Both the position numbers and the translations under genes were made by a program. A model generated the notes under the pieces. That model worked only from the letters and a program-made list of their open reading frames with translations. It ran no database searches and had not been told where the DNA came from. A stretch of DNA of 63,493 bases, the filler included, from Chiloscyllium plagiosum (lineage: Eukaryota), in assembly GCF_004010195.1 (NCBI RefSeq). It is 3 parts of one record of this genome, joined end to end, with 100 filler letters (N's around TTAATTAATTAA, not from the genome) between each part and the next. Parts side by side here need not be neighbours in the genome. Positions count along the whole stretch, not along the records: positions 1 to 29,443 come from NC_057713.1; positions 29,544 to 54,898 come from NC_057713.1; 1 more part is not named here. One strand, written 5' to 3'. Of the stretch, positions 25,891-37,729 are shown one piece after another (within the stretch, counting starts at the first letter, position 1; each line of letters opens with the position of its first letter).

Positions 25891-27167
25891 ATAGTTAGGG
25901 TGGGTAGAAGGGCGGGAATGAAGGAAGAGAAACAGATCGATCCCCTAAATAATATCGAATCATTTAGCCTCATATTGTTAAAAAAAAATCCTTAGGGGAG
26001 GAGAGAGGGATAGGGGGACAGGTTCTTGGTAACAGTAAGGGCCTCTGGCTTAGTGTGAAATGCGAGTTGTTGGAAACCATACGGGCCATATCGATGAAAG
26101 GGTAATTGTGGCTTCTGTTTTGAGTTATATCGTATTGTTTGGCTACTGGTTCTAGGGAACTACAGCAGAGCCACTGCTAGGTGCCATTCAGCCCGTCATG
26201 TCTAGTTGAAAATGAGCTGGATGTATCGCTTGTTAAAAAAAATCACACTTTCTCATGCTTACACCACTTCTTTAACTACCCATTTAAATCTCTCTTCTGC
26301 CTATACTGTACAAGATTTGGGGAGTGGAGCGGTAGAATCGAGAGTGGAATAGAATGCTATTCACTATTCGTTCATGTTTTGAATTCAGTATGATTGTTAA
26401 CACTTGTCAATCTGCGCTGTCCTTTGTTTTAATTTACTCGTGGTACATGGGCGTCGCTGGCTGGGCCAGCATTTATTACCCATCCCTAGTTGCCATTGAG
26501 AAGGTCATGGCGAGCTGTCGTCTTGAACATGCAGTCCACTTATTGTAGGTAACACTGACAATGCCATTCGGGAGGCACTTCAAGGACTTTGACTCTGACA
26601 ATGAAAACATGGCAATATACTTCCAAGTCAGGATGGTGACTGGGATGGAGAGAAACTTGCAGGTGGTAGTGTTCCCATGTATCTGCTAACCTTGTCCTTC
26701 TAGATGGAAGTGGTCATGGTTTTGAAAGGTCCTGTCTGAGTATCTTATATGATTTTCTTGCAAAATGATGCCCAGAACTGTAATCAGTTTGTATCTAACT
26801 AGTGTTCTGTTTAGTTCTCTCATTATCTCCCTACTCTTAATTTTATTAGTTGTGTGTAGACTATATCTTGTACATTTCCCTGATCACCTTAACTATCACT
26901 GTTACCTTCAAGGATCTGTGGATTTGTATCCAACATTCCTCTTCCTCTACATTAATATGTCCTAACAGGTTTTTGTGTACTTCTGTGCCTTATTTGGCTA
27001 ACAACTGCATTGATTGTTCTCATACAGATTCCTTCCTCACTAGGAACTATGACTAATTTTTGTATCCTCTGTAAGCTTAATTGTGCTCCATATGAGTTGT
27101 CTTCATTGACTGTCCTTGTGTTACTTTGTAAAACAACACATTCTCACATTTACACATTCTCACATTT

Positions 27168-27501
27168 GAGTTGAAACTTTATTGCTGGAACAGCACAGCA
27201 GGTCAGGCAGTATCTAGGGAACAGAAGATTCGACGTTTCGGGCACATGCCCTTCTTCAGGAACACATTCTGAAGCAGACTCACATTTCCAACGCCCCTCC
27301 TCCAAGTCCCTCCTCCCTACCTTTTATCTTCTCCTGCTGAACACTCTCTGCTCATTCCTGATGAGGTCAAGGTGAGGGTGATAGATCAGACTGGGGTGGG
27401 GGCAGGGAGGTTGAAATGTTGAGCTACAGGGTGGTTGGGTTGGTTGGTCCGGGTGTCCCAGAGGTACTTTGATCTCCAGCGTCTGCAGACCTCACTTTCT
27501 C
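27168..27501. mobile_element. Composite Penelope-derived insertion (pLTR pieces in both orientations)
   Basis: Pieces match the 29.2-29.9 kb PLE ends; flanked by CACATTCTCACAT at 27153-27165 and 27502-27514. Confidence 0.8.
27228..27263 (-). ncRNA. Minimal type I hammerhead ribozyme motif
   Basis: GTTC-CTGAAGA-A-GGGC-ATGT-GCCC-GAAAC-GTC-GAAT on minus strand. Confidence 0.8.
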
Positions 27502-29187
27502 CACATTCTCACATGACCTACCTTTCAATCCATGCTGACTATTGCTTAATTTGCATCCTTCGAAATGCTTTATACTGTCTGAATTTTTTTTTCGTAATTT
27601 GTTTTTCATTGGATAGACTTTTTTTTTGACCTGTAAAGAACTTGTAATATTCTTCCTCTAATTTTAAACAATGATTTGACTGGCTGAAACCTGTGACCAG
27701 AAGATTGGAAAATGACACAGCTTCACTTTCCTTGCTTAGTTTCTGTTAAAGTATAATGTATTCCGTCCTGGACAGGCCCTGGCAATTTATCCACTTCCAA
27801 GATAAACCTCTTGATACTACTTTTTGCTAAATTAGTGTACATATATGTATGTTTATCCTATGTAATATTTCTTTCACATGACTACATTGTCAGCCTCTTT
27901 AATGAGCACAGTTGCAAAGTCTTCATTAAGAATCATGCTTGGGTCTTGGGAGTGGGAGTTTGAATTTGCTGGTATTCCTGTACATCTGCTGTTGTCAAAT
28001 GTGGGAAGAAATTGCAGGTTTGGAATGTACTGTTGAAGGAACTTGTTTGCATATGGCACAGACATACCCTGTTTTGACATATTTGCTTTGGTTTATGGTT
28101 CACTTTTGCCTTGTCTTAATCTGTCACTGTGCAGATGGAGGCCATTCAGCTCATTTTATGCACAGTGGCTCTCCAAATGAGCAATTCACCTTATGCTACC
28201 TTTCCTCAGCCTTTTCCCTGTAACTGTCTATTATTTTCCTTTTCAAATAAGTCTAATTCCATTTTGAATGTCTCAATTGAGCCTGTCTCCACCATATTTT
28301 TAAACCCTAACTAATTATGATGTGGAAATGTTTTTCCTCAGGGTGCTATTGTATATTTTGACAGTTATTTTAAAATTGTGTCTTCTCTTTCTCAATCCTT
28401 ACACTAGGGGACCAGTAACTTCTCATCTCTTTCCAAACATCTCATGATTTTGAATACCTCTGTCAAATCTCCTCTCCAAGTTACATAGTCCCATGTCCTG
28501 CAGTATATCTCTGTACAGATGTTCCTAATTCCTGAACCATTGTCATGAAATGTTTCTGCACTCGTCTCCAATTCTTCAGGTAGATTCTGAAGTCCAGAAG
28601 TTGTTGCAGTGGTCCAACTGAAATTGAACTTTTCTTATACAAGTTTAACGCTAAGTCTGTTTCTCCCTCCTATCTTGCCTGGCTTTCCCTTAATTATATC
28701 TGTACTATTTGCTTTAGTCACACCCTGTGGTAGGAATTTCTGCATTCTCGCCACCTTTCTGAAATTTCTGTTGGATTTCATGGTAATTATCTTATATAAA
28801 TGAGTATTCTCTCGACAAAAGGAAATGTCCACTCTATTTTAAGAAAAAGTAATAATTTTAAATGTTTACATTGGCCATCATAAGCATTTTTTTCGAAGGA
28901 GAGAAATCCAGTCTCTTAATCCTTTCTTGTTATATATACTCTTTTTTTGCGCTCTATCCAATTCCTATTTATGATATGGTGACCAGACTGCACACAATGC
29001 TATGACTATGTTTCAATTCAGATTTTGCATAACATCCCTGCTTTTCAACTTCTATCCCTCTAGAAGTAAAGCCTGGTGCTTAATTTGCTTTATTTGTGAC
29101 CTGTAATCTGTAGCTGAACTTGTAATGATTTCTGTATTTGTACCCCACTGAGACCTGCACCTTCCAGATAACTGACTTGCTTATTCT

Positions 29188-29443
29188 GAGAAAGTCTTTG
29201 AGGAGAAAGTGAGGTCTGCAGATGCTGGAGATCAGAGCTGGAAATGTGTTGCTGGAAAAGCGCAGCAGGTCAGGCAGCATCCAGGGAACAGGAGAATCGA
29301 CGTTTCGGGCATAAGCCCTTCTTCAGGAATGGGGAAAGTTTGTCCAGCAGGCTAAGATAAAAGGTAGGGAGGAAGGACTTGGGGGAGGGGCGTCGGAAAT
29401 GTGATAGGTGGAAAGAGGTCAAGGTGAGGGTGAAAGGTCAGAC
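29188..29443 (-). mobile_element. Penelope-like 3' end/pseudo-LTR
   Basis: Near reverse complement of about 29733-29937, which follows a GIY-YIG C-terminus. Confidence 0.85.
29295..29330 (-). ncRNA. Minimal type I hammerhead ribozyme motif
   Basis: ATTC-CTGAAGA-A-GGGC-TTAT-GCCC-GAAAC-GTC-GATT. Confidence 0.8.
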
Positions 29444-29543
29444 NNNNNNNNNNNNNNNNNNNNNNNNNNNNNNNNNNNNNNNNNNNNTTAATTAATTAAN
29501 NNNNNNNNNNNNNNNNNNNNNNNNNNNNNNNNNNNNNNNNNNN
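29444..29543. other. Artificial contig linker (44 N + TTAATTAATTAA + 44 N)
   Basis: Exactly 100 bp; TTAATTAATTAA gives stops in all six frames; identical structure at 54899-54998. Confidence 0.95.
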
Positions 29544-29937
29544 CGTCAGACCACAGCGAAACGACGGTTGGAGGAAGAGCGCCTCATCTTCCGCCTAGGA
29601 ACCCTCCAACCACAAGGGATGAACTCGGATTTCACCAGTTTCCTCCCCCCGCCCTGTCTCAGTCAAATCCATCAAATTCAGCACCGCCTTCCTAACCTGA
29701 GATCTTCTTCCCGACCTCTCCGCCCCCACCCCAGTCTGATCTATCACCCTCACCTTGACCTCTTTCAACCTATCACATTTCCGACGCCCCTCTCCCAAGT
29801 CTCTCCTCCCTACCTTTTATCTTAGCCTGCTGGACAAACTTTCCCCATTCCTGAAGAAGGGCTTATGCCCGAAACGTCGATTCTCCTGTTCCCTGGATGC
29901 TGCCTGACCTGCTGCGCTTTTCAAGCAACACATTTCA
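29544..29937 (+). mobile_element. Penelope-like element 3' end (GIY-YIG C-terminus plus pLTR)
   Basis: RRLEEERLIFRLGTLQPQGMNSDF followed by a pLTR with a hammerhead motif. Confidence 0.9.
29847..29882 (+). ncRNA. Minimal type I hammerhead ribozyme motif
   Basis: ATTC-CTGAAGA-A-GGGC-TTAT-GCCC-GAAAC-GTC-GATT; predicted cleavage after C29878. Confidence 0.8.
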
Positions 29938-30059
29938 AGTTCATTTCACTGTTATGATTTAGTTGAAAATCACTGACATGAACTTGTCACATCATTAATT
30001 CTGACTGTAAAAACTCTTGAGTAAGTTAGATAGCCTTAAATGAGGTAGAGTACTGTTGT

Positions 30060-30530
30060 TTGTCATTTATATAAACAATTTGGATGAGAATATAGGAAGC
30101 ATGGTCAGTAAGTTTGCAGATGACACCAAGATGTATAGTGGACAGTGAAGAAGGTTATCTAAGGTTATTATGGGATCTTGAGCTGAGGAGTGGCAGATGG
30201 AGTTTAATTTAGATAAATATGAGGTGTTGCATTTTGCTAAGTCGAAAAGGGCAGGACTTACACAGCTAATTTTAATGTGAAAGGGGAAAGGTTTAAAAGG
30301 GACTTGAGGGGCAACTTGTTTACACATGGAAAGAACTGCCAGAGAAAGTGGTATATGCAGATACAGTTATAATATTTAAAAGACATTTGGATAGATATTT
30401 GAATAAGAAATGTTTAGAGGGATATGGACCAATTGCAGGCACTATTTTTGTTTGGGATATCTGGTTGGCATGAGGGTCTGGACTGAAGGGTCTATTTTGG
30501 TGCTGTATGACTCTATCATTGTGACTCTAA
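30060..30530 (+). mobile_element. Internally deleted CR1 fragment
   Basis: SKFADDTK motif joined to a CR1 3' tail. Confidence 0.8.
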
Positions 30531-32347
30531 AATTATAAAAGTTGTTTGCTTTTTTTTCCTTCAAGTTTATTCATGATATATCAGTCTCTCCCTCAAGCCC
30601 CATTTATTACTTGCAAGTTTGCTACCTGTGGGAATTTGTCAATATAATCGTCTGCTCAAAATATTTGACAGCACTCTGTTTCTAAATGCCAGTGAATGGA
30701 TTGGGTCAGATGGAATTAGTGTCATGAAAGAAGAAATTATAAAATGTAAGAAATAAAGAAAAAATTGTATTGTGCAGCCCTTTGAACCTATGCTGCCATT
30801 CAGTTTTATAATGGCTAATGTTTGACCTCAGTTCGCTTTCTCATAATTTCCTATTTCCCTTGATTCTGTGAGCAACCCCAACTAATGTGGAAATTGAACC
30901 CATTGTTGGTGTTACTCTGCACTACAAACCAGTCATCTAGCCAACTGAACCAAACCAACTCTCTTTATGCTTTGTAGGCAATTCAGAGAGGGTTCACTAC
31001 GTCGATTTCTGGGAAGGAAATATATAATGAAGAATAGTTGACAGGAGTGAAGGATGGTCGTCTTAAGACAAGATTGAGAGAGGCCTTAGCAGTTGTGTAC
31101 TGAGAGATGACTTTAAGCCTGGTGAGGGATTCTGAAACACCTGGCAAAAGTTTCAGATTAGGGGTAACCACTAAAGAGGAGATAAGGAGGAATTTCTTCT
31201 CTTAGGCTATTGATTATTCATTAAATATATTCAAGCCTGTGATCGAAAGACTTTTGAACTAGAAATAGTCCTGGGTTGTGGAAAGCAGGCAGGAAGTTGA
31301 CTATCAGGCTAAGATCCAATCAGGCATGATTATGTTGAAAGGTGTTGCAGTTTCGGGGCCCTGTTCCTGTTCCTATTTCTTGCATCCATGTAAAATTGAT
31401 CATTACCTCTTTACATTAGTACTGCATTTCCCCAAATGCTAAGGCAGTTTAACAGCTTTATCATGGACATTTGTATATTCTAGGAAAAATTTGTCACTAA
31501 GATTGCTCCATTTTTCACATCCTTGAGCCTTCACTTTACAGTTTACGTTTCTATTATGAAGGGAAAACAGAGATTAATTAATATCTTAAATGTAATGGTA
31601 TAAATTACTTCAGGACCTTATTTGTCCATTCTAATAATCTACCTTAGACTTCCTGAAGTATTTTTAGTTAATCTTCTTTCTAAACTCCTTTTATATGATC
31701 ATTAAATGTTAAATATTTTCCTCTTCACCCAGGTCTAACTCAAATTTATGTATGAGGAATACAAGTGAATGTAGGCATTATCCTTCATTTTGTCCATCTG
31801 CCAACTTCTTGTCCAGATTTCTACAGTTCTTTGTGATATATTGCTAATTGTTTGGAAGAGGTTTTCTCAAGACTTCTTATCAAAACACCTTCTAAAAGGG
31901 CATCTGCTGCATTGCTGAGAAGTTATCCATCCAATTAGTTACTCCAAAATAACTTTTAAAATGTTGTCAAATATAAGTTTCTTCAGGCAGGGCACTTAGC
32001 TTGAAGTGGACGAGATGAGTTTAGTTTATATCTATTTGATAAATACGTCAATCAGTGCATTTCAATGGTGAGCTTGGCAGGAAGATGTTTTTTCTTACTT
32101 TCTGGTGGCAGTCTGTTGCAGCCTGATCACCAGTTTTTGATTTCTATGTTTAACCAAGCATCTGTACTTTCCTTAAGTTGCTATAGCATTTGAGTGTCGT
32201 TAACTTCATTGTTATTTTAACATATTGTGACTCAATCTAATGTCTCCACTGTGTTATTCTAAAGGAAGAGGTTTCTTCTTTGTTTAGAAAGTGTATGCTC
32301 ATCTGTTACTTTAATTTGCTTTCCTCCTCTCCCCCTCCTCAACCCAG

Positions 32348-32478
32348 AAGTATATCAGTCATACCAAACGTGGCTGCATTTAACAACAGAGCTCAAGCAG
32401 AAATTAAGCTTCAGAACTGGCAGAATGCCCTTAATGATGTTAAAAAAGTGTTGGAGTTAGACCATGGCAACTTGAAAG
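32348..32478 (+). CDS. SPAG1: SPAG1 coding exon (TPR region 1)
   Basis: Polypyrimidine/CAG acceptor and GTGAG donor; encodes RSISVIPNVAAFNNRAQAEIKLQNWQNALNDVKKVLELDHGNLK, closely matching SPAG1 RSISALPTVVAYNNRAQAEIKLQNW. Confidence 0.93.
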
Positions 32479-34323
32479 GTGAGCAATTGTATATTGGTCC
32501 AACACCATTAACTGGCTGCTGCACTGACGGTTTTATTCACCCAGACTGAATCTAGGTGGTTCATTTTGACAATTGTCTAGTCCTCTTACTGCCACATTCT
32601 CACTATTCCTTTCATTCTTAAGTGTTCTTTCTGCCTAGATAACTTCATACTCCTCCTGACAGTGGTATTGCTTCAACATGTTAATATGACAGTCTATTCT
32701 TTTGCCACCAAAACGGAGTGTCAGTTGAATAATTAACTTTGCCAATCCTATTGGATACTTTTGAAATTTGAAATTGCTGGTTTTAAACAATTTGTTGAAG
32801 ATTTCTGTCTTGCACTCAGCAGGACAAATTGCAAAATACCAGTTCCAGGGGAAAATAACATTTATACAGCTTGAGAGGAGCATGCTGATTGATTGGCAAA
32901 TGGATTCTGATTAATAGAACATTGCCTTGGAGAACACAATAATTCATCATGATTCACTACGATGCTTTATTTAAATTTATCCGATTTCAAATTTAAAAAG
33001 CCTAGCAGTTAAGTGTCAGTGATTACTAATTAGCTATCTTGTGAATTGCCCTGAAGAATGTCAGACAGCAGCTTCAATAAAATGTATCTTTTTCAGCAGC
33101 ACTAGTGCTGTACTACCAAATGATTTTTTATAAACTGGAGATATTCCACAATACATTAGTTAAGAAAGCAGACAGTCAATATGTTCTTAGAGCCAGTAAC
33201 ATCCAGAATTAAACGTAAAATAACAGGAAAACTCTGATGGAGGGCATCACAAACTTCACAATTAATGGCAACCAAGTCAGGTCCCCTAGATGTTCTCAGT
33301 AACCCACCCAGAAAACAGTGATTTGCAAACATTCTACAAAGGCTGACTTGCTACAGAGCATTTTAAGTTTCTCTCCTCAGAAAGGCATTCTGATCCCCAG
33401 CCAAAAGTCAATGCTGTACCTAAGTTCTGTAATTATAATCCTCAAAGAGCAGATTATTCAAGGCCCCTCTCAAATCCGATTCCAAGTCCAGCTGCCATGG
33501 TCTTCTTTTCTAGCCAAGCAGACCTTCTAGTGAGACTCTGACCCCCACTGTGTTGGCCAGGCTGCACCCTCTTAACTTCTCAGCAATGCTCCTGCCATCT
33601 CAGCTTCTTAAAACCCCAAACTTAGCTGCACAGAGCTATCTGTTGCTCCCAAGGTTTCTATGAGCCCTAGCCCAGCCATCAGCACCATAAATCACAGCAG
33701 CACATCAGCTGCATGGAGGCTCATTGGCTGCTCCCAACTAACTTCACTAACTGCTGATCAGTGGTTCTTGAACTGATGTGCGTGTTAATATATCCCATCA
33801 GGCCTCTGCACCTGGTCCTAGGCTGATTCAAATGGACCAAATCTGCGCGCAGTCTAAACCTTAAATGTTGTTAACAATCTCCAGTCAACTACAGGTCACC
33901 CTCCATGTGTGCTGAAAACACACTACCAAAAATTAAAAATGATTTTATCACAATTTATAAAGTTTCCTGTAAAGGGCAGAAAAGGATTTATGCTAGAAGG
34001 GCAATTTATGGTAGCTTTATGTGAAAAAGAACATTAATAGGAATACGCACAAACATATATATATTTTACTTCTGAATTTCAATAATCTTCAATTATTCAA
34101 AAACGTCCCTGCTGTTCCATTGTTTCTATAGAAAATGTACAAGGCCTTGAAGAAATAAGTTTTGGTAAATTTAGGTGTCTTAAGGTAAATGTTTAGAAAT
34201 AGCTGGCAAGATATATTTATTTGAACTGAAATAAGCATGTTAAATTAATCTAAAGGGATTTATTGTGGGTTTCTAACAATGTTTATTGATATGGTTATTG
34301 CATTGTCCTACATTGTGTTACAG

Positions 34324-34430
34324 CACATCTACGTCGTGCCACTGTTCATAAACAACTGGGTAACTATCAAGAAGCAAAATTTGATGTGAAGATGGTGTTA
34401 CAAGCTGAACCAGACAATTCGATAGCAAAG
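34324..34430 (+). CDS. SPAG1: SPAG1 coding exon (TPR region 1)
   Basis: CAG/GTAAC sites; 107 nt; in phase with flanking exons; encodes AHLRRATVHKQLGNYQEAKFDVKMVLQAEPDNSIAK. Confidence 0.92.
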
Positions 34431-34845
34431 GTAACAACTTAATTTCCCAAGCTGTATTGCAAAATATAAGCAATACAACAGTATAAGATTTTGTACTAAA
34501 TTGGGCATGTGTTAGCTAGTTTAAACTTTGGAGCAAAAGGTCAAGGAAAAGCAAGTTACCCATGGTTCAGATGGTAGTTCTCCATAGAAAATAGTGAAAT
34601 GGAATCCATATCATATTACAGTTCTGCAAACCTGAATTATCCTTCCTATTTCCACAAGTCATGATGGTGCATGTTAATGTAGATTTATGAGCAGTATAAT
34701 GATTTTTTTTTCTAAATCGAACAACAAGTTTGTTTAATCTTTTATTTAAAAATAAATCATTTGTAGCACTTGTAGGCTACCATTATCAGTGATTAAAATT
34801 AATACATTGCAGCTTGAATCTGAGTAACCAAATGTCCATTTTCAG

Positions 34846-34987
34846 AATTTGCTTGAGCAAGTTGAACAGAAGCTGAAAGCTTCTCAGCCTGTTGGGAAAA
34901 CACAGAAGAAGGGAAAAAAGATGTTTATCAAAGAAATAGAGGGCTCTGATGATGAGAATGAAAGAGAATTGATGAATAAGAATGAAG
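34846..34987 (+). CDS. SPAG1: SPAG1 coding exon (post-TPR linker)
   Basis: TTTTCAG acceptor and GTAATA donor; encodes NLLEQVEQKLKASQPVGKTQKKGKKMFIKEIEGSDDENE, like SPAG1 KGKRMVIQEIENSEDE. Confidence 0.88.
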
Positions 34988-35058
34988 GTAATAATGACCA
35001 TCTGATTCTTACAATTTTTGATTCTGATATTTTAGTTAACATTTTTGGATTAAATACT

Positions 35059-37710
35059 AGTCATAGAGATGTACAGCACCTTCGGTCCAAATCATCCATG
35101 CTGACGAGGTATCCTAACCTAACCACTTGGCCCATGTCCCTCTGAAACCTTCCTATTCATGTATCCATCCAGATGCTTTTAAATGCTGTAATTGTACCAA
35201 TATCCACCACTACTTCTGGCAGCTCATTCCATACATGGACCACCCTCTGCGTGGAAACGTTGCCCCTTACGTCCCTTTTATATCTTTCCCCCTCACCCTG
35301 AACCCATACTCTCTACCCCCCCCCCCCTCCTCTCAGGGAAAAGACCTTGTTAGCCTGTCCATGTTCTTCATTATTTTATAGACCTCTCTAAGATCACCCC
35401 TCAGCCTCCAACGCTGCAGGGAAAATAGCTCCAGCCTATACAGCCTTTCTCTATAGCTCAAACCTTCCAACCCTGGCAGCATCCTTGTCAATCTTTTCTG
35501 AACCCTTTCATGTTTCACAACATCCTTCTGATAGGAAGGAGACTGGATTTGTATGCAATATTCCAAAAGTGGCCGAACCCATGTCCTGTACAGCTGCAAC
35601 ATGGCCTCCCAACTCCTATGCTCTATACTCTGACCAATGAAGGAAAGAATACAAAACGCCTTCTTCACTATCCTACCTACCTGCGACTCTACTTTCAAGG
35701 AACTATGAACCTGTACTCCAAGGTCTATTTGTTCAGCAACACTCCCTAGGACCTTAGCATTAAGTTTGTAAGTCCTGCTCTGATTTGCTTTTCCAAAATG
35801 CAGCAGCTCATAATTATTTAGATTAGATTAGATTCCCTACAGTATGGAAACAGTCTATTTGGCCCAACAGGTCCATGCTGACCCACCGAAGAGTAATCCA
35901 CCCAGACCCATTTCCCTCTGACTAATGCACCAAACACTATGGGCAATTTAGTATGGCCAATTCATCTGACCTGCATATCTTTGAAACTACACAGACACTG
36001 GGAGCATGTGCAAACTTTACACAGACAGTTGCCCAAGGCTGGAATCGAACCAGGGTCCCTGGCGCTGTGAGGCAACAGTGCAAACACTGAGCCACCATGC
36101 CATTTAAATAAAATAAACTCCATCTGCCACTCCTCAGCCCATTGGCCCATCTGATCAAGATCCAATTGTAATGGGAGGTAACCTTCTTCGTTGTCCACTA
36201 CACCTCCAATTTTGGTGTTATCTGTAAACCTACTAACCATTCTTCCTATGTTCATATCCAAATCGTTTATATAAATGACGAAACGTAGTGGAGCCAGCAC
36301 CAATCCTTGTAGCACACCACTGGTCACAGGCCTTCAGTCTGAAAAGCAACCCTCCACCATCACCCTCTGTCTTCTACCTTAAAGCCAGTTCTGTATCCAA
36401 ATGGCTAGATATCCCTGTATTCCATGAGATCTAACCTTGCTAACCAGTCTCCTATGGGGAACCTTGTCCAACACTTGACTGAAGTCCATATAGATCATGT
36501 CTACCGCTCTGCCCTCATCGATCCTCTTTGTTACTTCTTCAAAAAACTCAATCAAGTCCTTGAGACATGATTTCCCATGGACAAAGTCTAGTTGACTGTC
36601 CTTAATCAGTCCCTGCCTTTCCAAATACATGTACATCCTGTCCCTCAGGATTCCCTCCAACAACATGCCCACCACCGACGTCAGGCTCACCAGTCTATAG
36701 TTTTCTGGCTTGTCCTTAGCACCTTTCTTAAATAGTGGCACCACATTAGCCAACCTCCAGTCTTCCAGCACCTCACCTGTAACTATCGATGATACAAATA
36801 TCTCAGCAAGAGGCCCAGCAATCACTTCCTTAGCTTCCCACAGAGTTTGAAGCTACATCTGATAAAGTCCTGGGGATTTATCCACTTTTATGCATCTCAA
36901 GACATCCAACACTTCCTCCTCTATAGTATGGATATTTTTCAAGATCTATTTTTCACCATCTATTTCCCTACATTCTATATCTTCCATGTCCTTTTCCACA
37001 GTAAATACTGATGCAAAATACTTGTTTAGTATCTTCCCCATCTCCTGCGGCTCCACACGAAGGCTGCCTTGCTGATGTTTGAGGGGCCCTGTTCTCTCAG
37101 TAGTTACCCTTTTGTCCTTAATGTATTTTTCAAAACTCTTTGAATTCTCCTTAATCTTATTTGCCAAAGTTATCTCATATCCCCTTTTTGCCCTCCTGAT
37201 TTCCCTCTTAAGTATACTTCTCCTGCCTTTATACTCTTCTAAGGATTCATTCGATCTATCCTGTCTAAACCTGACATATGCTTCCTTCTTTTTCTTTACC
37301 AAACTCTCAATTTTTTTAGTCATCCAGCATTCTGTATACCTACCAGCCTTTCCTTTCACCCTAACAGGAACATACTGTCTATGGACTGTTGTTATCTCAT
37401 TTCTGAAGGCTTCCCATTTTCCAGCCGTCCGTTTACCTGCGAACATCTGCCCCAATCAGCTTTAGAAAGTTCTTGCCTAATACCGTCAATATTGGTCTTT
37501 CTCCAATTTAGAATTTCAGCTTTTAGACCTGGTCTATCTTTTTTCATCACTATTTTAAAGTTAATAGAATTATGGTCGCTGGCCCCACAGTGCTCCCCCA
37601 CTGACACGTCAATCACTTGCCCTGACTTATTTCCCAAGAGTAGGTCAAGTTTTGCACCTTTTCTAGGAGGCACATCCACATACTGAATCCGAAAAATTTC
37701 TTGTACAAGC
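35059..37710 (-). mobile_element. CR1/HER1 LINE (end of endonuclease through RT to 3' end)
   Basis: Broken ORFs with LDLLL..SDHNSI, NYRLVSLTS, DFSQ and FTDNTK motifs. Confidence 0.93.
35818..36101 (-). mobile_element. HE1/V-SINE-like tRNA-derived SINE nested in CR1
   Basis: Box A/B head (GGTGGCTCAGTG, GGTTCGATTCC), central core, CR1-like tail with (CTAAT)n. Confidence 0.85.
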
Positions 37711-37729
37711 TTAACAAATTGAATCAAGC

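Noticed and set aside
29488..29499. TTAATTAATTAA island inside N runs (also 54943-54954) as a biological motif
   Set aside because: Identical 44N-12-44N layout twice; a six-frame stop linker added during assembly
14000..32347. POLR2K coding exons expected from synteny
   Set aside because: No MIYICG, CRECGYR or VVFDAR coding sequence found by eye on either strand
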